Positions 1 through 12,749 of a DNA stretch of 64,000 bases are shown here, piece by piece. The first letter of the stretch is position 1; each line of letters starts with the position of its first letter. The stretch lies in NCBI GenBank assembly GCA_951406725.2, contig OX597831.1, positions 60,264,001 to 60,328,000 of the forward strand. The letters are read 5' to 3'. The stretch comes from Octopus vulgaris (taxonomy: Eukaryota). The position numbers were made by a program, and so were the translations under genes. Below the pieces are notes generated by a model. That model searched no databases. It was not told where the DNA came from and was given only the letters and a program-made list of their open reading frames with translations.

Positions 1-61
1 TGAAAGTATTTATCTCTCAAAAGATGGATAACATTTTTGTTGATCTTACCATCATGGTATA

Positions 62-523
<462 letters not shown>

Positions 524-1672
524 CACACGCTCTTTGAATTCGGCAGCTGTATCACAGACAATAAATCCGTCCAGTTGATTTAACACCATCTAGCTTTCTA
601 GCATTACTCTCAATGAGGACATAACTCTAGTTTGTTTTCTTCTTCCTTTTTTCTGTCTTCTTTGAATTTTTTCACCCTTCCACATTTGCATACTCAATTC
701 TCTGGTATTTTCTTGTAGCATCTCTCGTTCTATTATCCTCATTTTTAATTTGTATATGCCGTGTGCTATGAGCCGGGAGATTGTTTGGGGACACTAGGCG
801 TGATATTAAAATATCCCTAGACAACACCTCTAATCTATGAGACTATTACTAGGTTATAACTCTATACTGTGTACATTAAGCAATATTTCTATCTTATCTG
901 ATGGTATATGATTTTGTTGATCTTACTTTCACGGAAAAACGAGATGTCATTTAGAGTTGGCTTTTTATATTCCACAGCCGTATACCGTAAATGGCCAGAA
1001 AATCAAAGTAGTTACGATTTTCTTATTCAATAATGTTAATATGTATTATCAAATATCTGCAACTTCTTCCTTCGCACCTTTGATGTATATTTTCCTTATG
1101 GTATTGGACAGTGTTGTGAATAGTATAACGTGCATAATATAATATTTCAGCATTCGAGTGCAGCTTTAGTTATGAAGGTGAAAGATTGTTCGTAACATGT
1201 CCGAAAGTATTGAAGAAAATAGTTATTGAAATTACTTATATATACTACATTTCTTGCGTTTAATTCTTTTATTTTCAAGAAAAAGTATAATCCAGATTAG
1301 TTATGTGTTTGATTTTTATTTGTTTTTATTAAAGGTAATTTGAAATGAATTCCTTTGGCTGGCCTATTATGATCAAAATATTTTATTCCTGCCTTCTTAT
1401 ATTTTCTAATAATTTTCAACTCACGAAAATTTTATTTGTTCAATCTTTGATTCTTACCACATGTGGAATTGCCAGAACAATTTTGATGATTTCTCCTTAT
1501 AACAAAAGCCTTGAGAAAGAGAGAAAGCGAGAATTATCGGCCTCAATATATACCAAAACGCTATTTTTGCCTCAAGGAAGTTGAATATTGAATATAAGTA
1601 TATATTTTGGTCTTTGCCAAACTTTGAAACCAATACACGGATATATAAGTATGATTATATTTGTAATAATGT

Positions 1673-1757
<85 letters not shown>

Positions 1758-1844
1758 TTTTCTGAATCGTTAGATTTTTCAATATGGTAGGCCACTGATA
1801 TTAATCAAATTAATATTCAATTTTTCACCCCTGATATTTAAATT

Positions 1845-1890
<46 letters not shown>

Positions 1891-1982
1891 ACGTATATGT
1901 ATATATATATTTATGCATATAAATACATTATATATATATATATATATCGATATTCATAATTTGATATACATACATACATATA

Positions 1983-3234
1983 CAAGTGTTGGACAAAATA
2001 ATGTTTTAATAGCCAGCTGGAGGAGGTGTCTTAAAATCGCAAAAAACTTATTTTAATATAGGGTAGGACCGCCTTTGGTAGTATTTACCGCTTTAATTAA
2101 TAATAAGCTACGGACTCGTATAAAATTTGAATTTTTTCCAAAGGAACTTTTGTCCATTCTTCAGCTAAAACAGTCTCCTTTAGTGATGACGGTAGAGTAT
2201 ATGGACTCCTTACATGTTTTTCTTAAATACACAATAAATGTTCAAAAATATTAAAATCCGGGGACTGCAGTGGCCAGATTAGATGTTCACTTTCACTAGA
2301 ATGTTCTTCGTGCCATTCAGTAACATCTTTAGCTCAGTGAATTGGTGCAGTATCATCCTGAAAGATAGCCTTTCTCTCCAGAAACAGTTACGCAAACATA
2401 GGATGACTTTGATTAGGTAAAATGTTTAAATAGCTTTGACTATTCATTCTGCCATGAAGAGAAATCTTTGGGCCTTCAGATTTCCAAGATATAGCCACCC
2501 AGATCATCACACAACCTCCTCCATGTTTAACAGTTGGAAGAAGCCTGTCTGGGTCAAATGATTCTTTTGGCTGTCTCCACACATATAATTAGCCGGTAGT
2601 CGGAAATAAAGCAAAGGATGACAGGTACGAGAAAATAACATTGTTCCATTGCTCTAGGGATCAATTATGTACGTTTTTACACTATTCTAAACGCTTTGCA
2701 ACGTTTGATTTTGAAAGTAGTGGTTTTCTGATTGCAGCCCTCCCGTGAAATCCGGCTCTCTGTGTGGAAACTGGATTCTAGAGGTGGTCATTAAGCTCTG
2801 CAGTAACCTTGGGAGCTGTACTTTTGTAATCCTTTGTAACAATACGCTTACGTATCTGAAATTTTTGATTTTCTTCCGGAGTTTTCTTTTGACGAAGAGG
2901 TTTAACCTACTTTCTTAAAGGCTTTCGTTACTTTCGAGGCAGTACACTTTGATACACTAAATACTTCGGCTGTTTTCGTTACGCTAGCGCCTGCCATGTG
3001 AGCACCAACAACTTGACCTATTATGAAAGTCCGATAGAACTGTTATTGTAATGAATTTTAATTACCTCTTCCTGATGACATCTGAAAAGAAACAGCAAAT
3101 ATAGTAAAACATGTTAAGAAACACTAATAATAAATCAAGCAACATAAAAATAAACAAGTTTTGACGCTTTTATAGATATTTCAAAACTGTGATGTTATGA
3201 TACTATCCGTTTCCATTATTTTGTCCAACTTTTG
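1983..3234 (-). mobile_element. Tc1-family DNA transposon, decayed, near full length
   Basis: 21-bp TIRs caagtgttggacaaaataatg (1983-2003) and cattattttgtccaacttttg (3214-3234), 2 mismatches, each flanked by TA; internal transposase remnants. Confidence 0.93.
2053..3046 (-). pseudogene. Tc1 DD34E transposase pseudogene
   Basis: Manual translation: N-terminal GQVVGAHMAGASVTKTAEVFSVSK, PTVKHGGGCVMIW, IFQDDTAPIH, WPLQSPDFNIFE, C-terminal KGGPTLY*; several stops and frameshifts. Confidence 0.92.
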
Positions 3235-3255
3235 TATGTATGTTTATACACACAT

Positions 3256-3308
<53 letters not shown>

Positions 3309-3368
3309 TATATATACATATAAATACATATATATACATATAAATGTATATATATATATGTATGTATG

Positions 3369-3416
<48 letters not shown>
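3235..3416. repeat. (TA)n/(TATG)n microsatellite
   Basis: Read directly. Confidence 0.95.
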
Positions 3417-3419
<3 letters not shown>

Positions 3420-3550
3420 TAGTAACTCGGTTTTCGAACAACTCTGATCACGAATAAATCGTGATTTGTATATATCTATATCAATATATAGATACTTATA
3501 AAGCGCAATTTATTTGTGATGAGAGTTGCTTGAAAACCGATGTACAATTG
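3417..3550. mobile_element. 134-bp fully palindromic MITE with TA flanks (Tc1/pogo-type end)
   Basis: The left arm cagtagtaactcggttttcgaacaactctgatcacgaataaat pairs with the right arm atttatttgtgatgagagttgcttgaaaaccgatgtacaattg; TA on both sides. Confidence 0.8.
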
Positions 3551-3585
3551 TAAATATATACATACACACACACACATACACACAC

Positions 3586-3637
<52 letters not shown>

Positions 3638-4293
3638 TGTGTGTGTATGTGTGTGTGTTTTAGCGGGTAGACATCATTTTCATAGATCTAGCCAGTCGGT
3701 AGCCGAAGAAAAAGGATTCAACCTTGATATTCAACAGATGCACATTCGAAAAAAAAAATGGGACGATTTTGTAATCATTAGTATATAAATTTCACGATGC
3801 GAGAATTTAAATAATTTTAAATAATAAAGATTAGTTTTAATCACAGGTTTAACTTTTTTGAGAAATCCCATGTTATTATCATCACACACCCGCGATTACA
3901 ATGTAAGTATTAGCTCCTTTTGTAAAATTAAATTCCTCGATTTCTCAGTCTTATGCGTTCATACACTTTGAAACTCACTCACCTAGATACATGTTTTAAC
4001 TTCCACATCAATGTACCACCTTAATAGTGTCACTGAATCACGGTTATACAAGCCCTCTACTAAAAGCAAAAGTGGTCTCAGAATTAAATCAACATTTTCA
4101 TAAGTAAACGATTTGTCTTTCCCAAACTGGCGACAGATGTTTCATGACTGAACTATATTGTCAAAAGAACAGTCCAGCTATTCAATAACCGATTGGAAAA
4201 GAAAATACAAAACAAACTCAATACATGGAAGTCATGTTTATATCAATCCAGAGGCATGTCGAGAATCTTCAATATGTATTTTCTCCTACTATA

Positions 4294-4350
4294 CAGCAAC
4301 AACAACGACGACAACAACAACAGTACCAACAAAACAGCATCAGCAGCAAC
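4294..4350. repeat. (CAA/CAG)n trinucleotide repeat
   Basis: Read directly. Confidence 0.85.
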
Positions 4351-5589
4351 AAGAACTTGGCTGGCCTGCAGCTACGGCTAATACTCAATAATAGCACAAA
4401 TGATGCGTATTTAATTCCACAATGAACAGCCCTTTATAGATCAGTTACACAAATTACTCATCTCCTCCGAACACCTCAACTGACCAAGCATGCTTAGTTA
4501 TGCTTAGTTATGCCAGGTACATGCTTAATACAATTCTTTTCTCACGTGCGATGTTATTTAATATTGAAATATTCGAAATGCTACATAGCCTGTGAGAATT
4601 ATCTTGCTCTTACTAGAGCAAGATTGTAGCACAGTGCATTTGATATATAATTGCAATATATTTAGGAAAAAGTGAATTAATTTTATTTCTTGTCAGAGTA
4701 CTTATGTACTACGAATTAATCTCTTCATTGAAACCAATTCTCGGTTATTTATTCATTTTAAAAGAATATTGTCGGGAGTGACTTCGAAGTACAAGATTTG
4801 AGTTCGTCTCGGTTATATACAGTTTCTGGGTCAGGTGGAGCTCTGTTGAATTAAAATTAGGTTGTTGGGTAACTTGTGATTGAAAGAAGTTATGGAGATG
4901 TTTATAATAATTGATAAGAATAAACGCAATCATGTAGAACGGCTAATTAGGCGTTTCAGCTCAGACCTTGGGGTTGCTTTTAGGAGTTCACAAAATAGTA
5001 TATGTCGGTGAAACGGTCAGTAGGTCAACAGATATGTATTTTAAGCACGACGAAACTTCGAAGTTGCAGTCAACATTATATATGGTAAAGAATAATAAAT
5101 ATCTACTCCAAAAATGCTCTGAGTTATCCTCCTGTTTAATGTAATATCTAGTTATGACTCGACATAGAAACAGATATTGCCCATACACACATGCCTACTC
5201 GCATGCAATTATGTATAAGTGGTTTGCGTGTGGATATACAGATGGAGGATTTCTAAGCGGTTATTTATATATGCATCCAGTCATGAGCTGCAAAACATAC
5301 ATTTATCTGTATAAGATTTTGTACATACAATGCTAGCATGTATTCAATATTCCTTAGAATTCTCTTCTATCATTCTATATATCATATTTCGAAATATGTG
5401 TCATTCATATGATATCATACGATGCTTTTCGTTTATAATCGTTCTCAGTCTACGCATGCAAATGGATTTAACTTGTAAATGCAAAGCTCATTCATAATTT
5501 TAGAGCAATATGAAGAATATAAATTTAATAAACGTCAGTTATGTAACGTCACAACGGATCCCAGGTTTACTACAATTGTCCCGAACTTC

Positions 5590-5745
5590 TAATGTGGCTC
5601 TGTAGTAAGAAGCTTCTTCCAAACGACATGGTTCCGGGTTCAGTCCCAGTGCGTGGCACTTTGGGGAAGTGTCTTCTAATTGAGCCCCAGACTAAGCAGA
5701 GCCTTGTGAGTGAATGTGATAATAGGAAACAGAATGAAGCCTGTC

Positions 5746-5747
<2 letters not shown>
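5590..5747 (+). mobile_element. tRNA-derived SINE (octopus OK/OR-like), 5' half
   Basis: A-box-like tggctctgtagtaag, B-box ggttcagtccc, CORE-like ctttggggaagtgtctt, then internal (TA)n. Confidence 0.75.
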
Positions 5748-5800
<53 letters not shown>

Positions 5801-6012
5801 ATCTCTTGAGCACCACCAGCTCAAATATTTTTTCCTCTGTCTTCCCTTCTTGGGATCTTTCCTTCTCCTTGTTTCCGACGAAGAGCTCTGCTCGAAACGT
5901 TAAACCCTCCTTCCCTTCTTTCCTGAGCGTCAATAATACTTTAATTGTTCCACGTCCTGCGTCGGTGTGTTTTTTTCTCTTTTTTTCTGTGTTTTCTTGT
6001 TTGGATTAACTT
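5801..6012 (+). mobile_element. Penelope-like pLTR/3' end fragment with hammerhead-like motif
   Basis: gttt-ccgacga-a-gagctctgctc-gaaa-cgtt-aaac (5871-5905) and a T-rich tail; similar to the 3' end of the Penelope-like element at 53340-53500. Confidence 0.65.
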
Positions 6013-6065
<53 letters not shown>

Positions 6066-6094
6066 ATGTATGTATGTATATGTATGTATATGCG

Positions 6095-6395
6095 TGGATG
6101 CGCAATGGCTCAGCGATTAGGGCAGCGTATTCGCGGTCGTTGGATTGCAGTTTCGATTCCCAAACCGGGCGTTGTGAGTGTTTATTGAGCGAAAATACCT
6201 AAAGCTCCAGAAGGGGGTTGTAGCGATCCCTACAGTACTCTTTTGCCACAACTTTCTTTCACACTTTCTTCTGTTGGACTGCTTGCTTAGCCAGTGGCGA
6301 GGCATCATTTGAAGGCTAAAACAATGCGCTTCGCATTGTGACCAGCGATGTGTAGCAACATTTGATAGACTGGTCGGTCACGGGGATCACGGTGA
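6095..6395 (+). mobile_element. Second tRNA-derived SINE family copy
   Basis: A box tggctcagcgattag, B box gtttcgattccc, ttgagcgaaaatacct core; inserted in (TA)n. Confidence 0.75.
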
Positions 6396-6436
6396 TATAT
6401 ATATATATATATATTCATGTATGTATATGTATTTAT

Positions 6437-6655
6437 CTGTGTGTGACTGTCTGTGTTTGTGTCTCTACTAACTCTTGAAAATCGATGCTGGTGTGTTTAT
6501 ATCCCCATAACTTAACAGTTATGCAAAAGAAACTGATTAATAGGTACTAGGCTTACAATGAATAAGTCCTGAAGTCAATTTCATTTACTAAAATCCTCCA
6601 ACTTGGTGCTCCAGAATGGCTGCAGTAAAATGACTGAATCAAATAAAAGAAGAAA
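6437..6655 (+). mobile_element. 3' half of the SINE starting at 5590
   Basis: gatgctggtgtgtttatatccccataactt...ggtgctccagaatggctgcagtaaaatgactgaa...aaaaga matches, from memory, the usual 3' part of this family. Confidence 0.65.
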
Positions 6656-7020
6656 ACAAAAATCTACATGATTAACTGCAGTCACTAACGTAGTTCTGTT
6701 CTGATAATGGAAAACCTTATTAATAATATAAACTATAATCTTAACATCGTGTAGCAGTGATTATGTCTCTATAATTGAAAACTTATCTGACAAAAATCGT
6801 TTACAAATTCTGACTTTAGAGCTTCACCTCTAATTGAATGATTTTGATAAGAAAATTTGCCAAGTTACAATACGCTCAGTCAAGTACCCTTCGGGAAGAG
6901 TCATAAGTTCACAATCTTTGTGCAACTAAAATACAACAAATGATAGAGTGTAAGCGATCGATAAAGATATTGAATTAATGCAATCTTTATTCAGTCACGA
7001 ATTTGCCGTTCATATCATTA

Positions 7021-7648
7021 CCGTTCCACATTTTGGCAGAAGGCCTGAAATTTCGCCGGCCGTGGCAAGTCGATTACATCAACCCCAGTGTTCAACTGGT
7101 GCTTATATTACCGACTCCGAAAGGATGACAGATAAAGCCGACCTTGGCGGAATTTGATCTCAAAATGTAACGACAGGCGAAAAGCCACAAAGCATTTCAC
7201 CCCGCATGTTAATAATTCTGCCGGCACAAGGCGGCGAGCTGGCAGAATCGTTAGCATATCGGGCGAAATGCTTAGCGGTATTTCGTCTGCCGCTACGTTG
7301 TGAGTTCAAATTCCGCCGAGGTCGACTTTGCCTTTCACCATTTCAGGGTCGATAAATTAAGTACCAGTTACGCACTGGGGTCGATATAATCGACTTAATA
7401 CCTATGTCTGTCCATGTGTGTCTCCTCTATGTTTAGCCCCTTGTGGGTAATAAAGAAATAGGTATTTCTTCTCAGTCTTTACGTTCTGAATTCAAATTTC
7501 CCCGAGGTCAACTTTGCCTTTCATCCTTTCGGGGTCGATAAATTAATTACCTATCACGTACTGGGTTCGTTCTAAGCGACTGGCCACCTCCCCACAATTT
7601 CGGGCCTTCTGCCAAGAGTAGAAAAGAATAATTCTCCTGGCTCGCCGC
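7021..7648 (-). mobile_element. GGCGGCGAGCTGGCAG-head SINE (tail A), host of an antisense insertion
   Basis: 20-bp TSD atttgccgttcatatcatta (7001-7020) / atttgccgttcatattatta (7649-7668); head remnant at 7630-7648. Confidence 0.88.
7228..7629 (+). mobile_element. Composite (tail B + tail A) SINE of the same family, nested antisense
   Basis: Head, central domain, tail B, GGTATT junction at 7461, second central domain, tail A; aataattct repeated at 7211-7219 and 7627-7635. Confidence 0.88.
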
Positions 7649-9632
7649 ATTTGCCGTTCATATTATTATAATTGACACACATTTATTTCTGTATAGTTTT
7701 TGTCACATCCTCTCGTTTTTAATTCATCTGCGTGTGGTTAAAATTTTATACGCTTTCATGGATATATAAAAAATCATTTGTGTGCATCATTATCTGGGTA
7801 AACAGATGTGATTATATTACATCACAAATTCTCCGAATCTTATGTTAACAAATTAATTTCTAAAAATTAAGTTGCAGATTTGTATAATTGACTGACTTAA
7901 TAGGATCAGATAAAGAGATTGCCCTAGAAATGACCCAATTTTAATGGATTAAAGCTATAAATCAAACGAATTAGTTTATTACAGCAACTTTCCAGACCTG
8001 AAGTACGCTTTAGGTAAAATGATACGACCGCAAGTTTCCATCTGTTACTAGCAATTTCAATTTCCACTTCGGTACATCTCTTAATGACTGAAAGACAGTA
8101 AGAAAGACGGATCAAATGAGCACGAAGATGAGTAGGAAAAACACCCGTAAAGCTAGTATTCAGTAAATATTACTATAGAACGTAATGTTATGAAGTGAAT
8201 ATAATGTTATTTTTCTTTGTTCGCTTACATATTCTAACCGTGGAAAATCTCTAGAAAGTCTTTCTAATAGGAAAATGAAAAGAATTTCGAATAACTATCT
8301 TTCACAAGCTTATCAGTAATTAGGTTTGTATATAATATATACTTTTCTATTGATCGTAATCCCGCTTTACCTAGATTTCTTCGCAAATCTGCTTAACCTG
8401 TATCCTGATACCAATATAGGTTTAATGTGTTTAATTGTGACCTTATGTGTTTGTGTTACTTGACTTCGTTTTAATCTGCTTCCACATAATTTCAGTTGGT
8501 CGGAAATGTGTGGAGGCAGCAATAAAATTCGACTGAATCAAAGTGAAACGGTTAATAGTTAATTAATGTTTCGTTTGAATTAACATACTGTCTAGTAATG
8601 TAATGACATTGTACTCGGCATGGACTCCCATGTTATGCTTACACTTTCTATAAAATACCGTCAAGTGTGGTTTTTCAGGAAACACGCCTAATCGATGGAG
8701 TAATAATTTCTTACTAAACTATTGCACGAGACCGCAAATATTAAAGGAGTGGATGGTGGCTTAGTTTTACCCTGTATTCTCTCCATCGAACGTAAAAATT
8801 ATTAACATGTGCCAGATCGTCTAAAACAGTGTTTCCCTCTACAATCACAAATTTCTTGAATTACATTGTTCTATATTTTTGTCAATTCCTTCCGTGAATT
8901 TTATGGCGCATTAGGTGGTAATTTTCGCAAATCCTTTCAACGGAATATAATTTATCTTCCATGAAATATGTTTCTTTGTAACAAAATTAAGCGAGTATTA
9001 AATGAATATGCTGTAACAAATTTGCAAAATATCAAGTTACTCGTCAAATTTGGTTCGCTGTATTGATTTCTGTTAATGCATTTCATTTCGTTCACATATA
9101 ATGAATATATAATGAAAATACAATTTGGGCCCATCTGGAAAGAAATGCTTTATTTCACTATACATTTTCCACTATAGTACTCCGTTTTAGTTTCTTCATT
9201 TATAGTACAATTTCTGCTTTCGAAGAGAAACGTCTGTACTAAAGATGGATAAAGATATGAAATTATTATTATTTGCTATTCACGTACTCTGATAATTTTA
9301 TTGCTTGTTACTAACATGACCCTTGTTTCTTCAAACAATGTATAGTGGCTTATAATCGCGGAAGAATTTTCTTAACATGCTTTTGCCTCAATGAGGTTGT
9401 TAATCTGTTGTCGCCACCTCGCCTTTTAAAGAGTAAATAATTGAAATATTCTGAAAGGCTGTGTATCCGCGTAGACAAGTAAGTGAAAGGACTAAAAAAA
9501 TAACACGACAAATAAACAAAGACTTCTTAAATATTTAGTAACATTCTATATTCGATGAAATAATCGGAAATCAATTAAATTGAGCTATAATAATTCCCCG
9601 ACAAAAATGAATGGTATTAGTGAAGGAAATAT

Positions 9633-10053
9633 GGATCTTTTCGGTTTGAACGGCAGTTTTTTCTAGCGGTGTCATATGAAATTGTCACCCATAATTATGA
9701 CCCTCGTATCGATCTATTGCATTTCAATCTATTTTAGGGTTAGTTAGGGTTAGGGGTGGGAGAAGGGTATCTTTTTTTCTTCAGAAATGTAAATAAACCC
9801 AATCTGCTTCTTAAACGAGGGACATATTCATACGGCACAAAATGCTTTTTAACTCAATAGACGATCATTGATTGTTTAAAATTGCAGAAATTGAAGATAA
9901 AAAACAACAAATATCTTACAAACTATAGAATTTTCTCAATAAAGCCAAGAGAAAAATATGTTTTATAAAAACATTCTATCAGTATACGAAGTTTAACATT
10001 TTTTAGTTACCTAGAAATTATGTTAAAAACTGCCGTTCAAACCGAAAACATAC
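9633..10053. mobile_element. Non-autonomous DNA transposon (Merlin-like MITE), copy 1
   Basis: TIR ggatcttttcggtttgaacggcagtttt / aaaactgccgttcaaaccgaaaa; degenerate 8-bp TSD (ggaaatat/cgcaatat); internal TTAGGG repeats. Confidence 0.85.
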
Positions 10054-10691
10054 CGCAATATTGCTGTATTTAATTTAATCAGTAAGCTTCAGTCTTCAGT
10101 ATTAGTATTGTATGCTCGTTAGCAACGTAAGTAATGTGTAATTCTTCTGTGTGACAATCTATACTACTTCGCAACGGATATTTTATAAAGCGTAGTTACT
10201 CTACAATACTGGTTATAAATGATTTGTTTTGAAACATCTCTGCATGTACAAATCGAAAATTTGATAAATCTATACATTTTCGTAACGGTTTTCTACGTAA
10301 AATTACCGTCCATACTTTTAGCAATGGCGAATAAATTGTATTTCCTCCATTCCATTCGTGTGAACATATCGCAATGTCGCGCCGTTTTTATTGTAATATT
10401 TTATATCGATTTAACGTTTGTGCATTGTTTCATTTATATCCTGTAAACATCTATTGTTTCAGAAGATTCGACTATTATAGTATTAATTCCTATATATATA
10501 TATACAATATAACATATTACTTGAAATATATCATCTATGTTATTGACTGTGTACTGATCCATACACATATCGTATTTGTCTTGTAGATGAAACATTATCG
10601 ATTACATCTATATTCGTTTCCAAGTACCTATTTAATCATTTAAGTCGTATATATTTATAGTTTCTGTAATTTCTATATTGAACTAAATATC

Positions 10692-11261
10692 CTTACTACT
10701 AAAAGCACAAGGTCCGAAATATGGGGGAAGGGAACTTGTCGATTACTCATATGGTACTTAATTAATCGACCCGAAAAAGGCGGTGAGCTGGCAGAAACGT
10801 CAGCACGCCGGGCGAAATGCGTAGCGGTATTCCGTCTGACGCTACGTTCTGAGTTCAAATTCCGCCGAGGTCGACTTTGCTTTTCATCCTTTCGGGGTCG
10901 ATAAATCAAGTACCAGTTACGCACTGGGGTAGATATAATCGACTTTATCCTTCTGTCTGTCCTTGTTTGTCTCCTCTGTGTTTAGCCCCTTGTGAGTAGT
11001 AAAGAAATAGGTATTTCGTCTGCCGCTACGTTCTGAGTTCAAATTCCGCCGAGGTCGACTTTGCCTTTAAATTAAGTACTAGTTGCATACTGAAGTTGAT
11101 CCACTCGATTGCCCCCTCCCCCAACATTTCAGGCCTTCTTCCTACAGTAGAAAAAAAACTGATCGACCTCGGCGAAATTTTAACACAGAACATAAGGACG
11201 GGCGAAATACCGCTAAGCATTTTGCCCTGCAAGCTAAAAATCCTGCCAGCTCGGCGCCTTA
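10692..11261 (-). mobile_element. Tail-A SINE, host of an antisense insertion
   Basis: Perfect 18-bp TSD tatattgaactaaatatc (10674-10691, 11262-11279). Confidence 0.88.
10777..11158 (+). mobile_element. Composite (tail B + tail A) SINE nested antisense
   Basis: Same layout as 7228-7629; GGTATTTCGTCTG junction at 11010. Confidence 0.88.
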
Positions 11262-11537
11262 TATATTGAACTAAATATCGTTGCCGATTTTCATTTTATT
11301 TTGCTGGATAATTTCACTCGTTTACCATCCAGCCTATTTCCTAGAGCGTCGATAATCAAAAGCATTCGAATACTTACCACGTGATGAGCTTTTGCAGTTA
11401 GAACTACATAAATGTGTCCTACTCAGGTATAAAGCATATTGTGTGAAAAGTGTCAGGATTCAGCTGCTATTTCATTTGTGCTAGAAGCATTATAAATGTA
11501 TTCTCATCGTTATTGGGGCATAATAACTAGTCTGCTT

Positions 11538-11960
11538 GGATTTATTCGGTTTGAATGGCAGTTTTTTCTATTAGTGTCATATGGTATTGTCACCCATAAT
11601 TATGACCCTAGTATCGATCTATTGCATTTCAATCTGTTTTAGGGTTAGGGTTAGCGTTAGAGGTGGGGGAAGGTTATCTTTTTTCTTCAGAAATCTAAAT
11701 AAATCCAATATGTTTCTTAAACGAGGGACATATTCATACGGCACAGAATGTTTTCACCTCAATAGACGTCAGTGATTGGTTGAAATTGCAGAAATTGAAG
11801 AAAAAACAACAACAAATATCTTACAAACCATAGAATTTTCTCAATAAAGCCAAGAGAAAAAGATGTTTTATAAACACATTCTACCAGTATACGATGTTTA
11901 AAAGTATTTAGTTATGTGGAAATTATTTTTAAAAAACTGCCGTTCAAACCGAAAAGATCC
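11538..11960. mobile_element. Non-autonomous DNA transposon (Merlin-like MITE), copy 2
   Basis: GG...CC termini, ~28-bp TIR, perfect 8-bp TSD gtctgctt (11530-11537, 11961-11968); colinear with copy 1. Confidence 0.9.
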
Positions 11961-12317
11961 GTCTGCTTTGGAGAAAATAACAATATTCTCAAAAGAAATT
12001 GCACATATTGTAAGACATTATAACCTTTTATAATAAAAAGAAAAACAGCACGCGTAAGTTATTATCAATGAAACATTTAACATACATTTCTGAATTCTAA
12101 GTATGACTTGTCAAAAATATACTGTTAAACTTGTCAGAAATAATTATGCTCAGTTAATATAAGTTGAAATTCCAAACCGAAGTTTAGAATCTAAAGCATT
12201 AAAAAGTGTGTAATCTACTGTATGTAAGGAAATTGTATATTTTCTTACAGACGGGCATTTTAGATGTTTGTATATGTTGTCCACGTCTTTACCACGCTCA
12301 CTCTATTTGGATGCATA

Positions 12318-12461
12318 TGTCTATTGTATCCTTCGATACAGACATGTGAATTGAAAACTTCCTATGTAATTTTCTGTGCGCCAACTCTTGTCTAGTGTAT
12401 CCTTCGATAACAGACATGTGAATTAAAAACTTCCTATCTAATTTTCTGTGCGCCAACTCTT
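12318..12461. repeat. ~71-bp tandem duplication (2 copies)
   Basis: tgtcta.tgtatccttcgata(a)cagacatgtgaatt.aaaacttcctat.taattttctgtgcgccaactctt occurs twice. Confidence 0.95.
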
Positions 12462-12749
12462 CCGGTTCATTTCTTACTCGATCGATTTACTTCTATTTTT
12501 TAAATCTCATGATCAGTTTTTGCGTTCTGCTTTAATTACATAAAATATATTAAAATTTACATGCTCCGAGAAAGAGTATCTGATCTGATATTTAGCATTT
12601 CTCTTGTTGGTCTCAAAGGAGGGTTCACTACGAATTCATTCACCTTTTACATATAGTATCCCTTCTGACTGTTCTCTTCGACTCGCTTTATTCGCTCAAC
12701 GATGTCATCATTAGAAATATTGAATTTCTAAATGTTTCAAAGAGATATG

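Noticed and set aside
600-1250. Possible very old RLE-LINE remnants (also ~20350-20720)
   Set aside because: Only faint motif similarity after many assumed frameshifts.
4225-4425. PolyQ ORF
   Set aside because: Short CAA/CAG repeat with no splice or domain support.
9733-9760. TTAGGG repeats as a telomere or fusion site
   Set aside because: Only a few units, internal to a MITE present twice.
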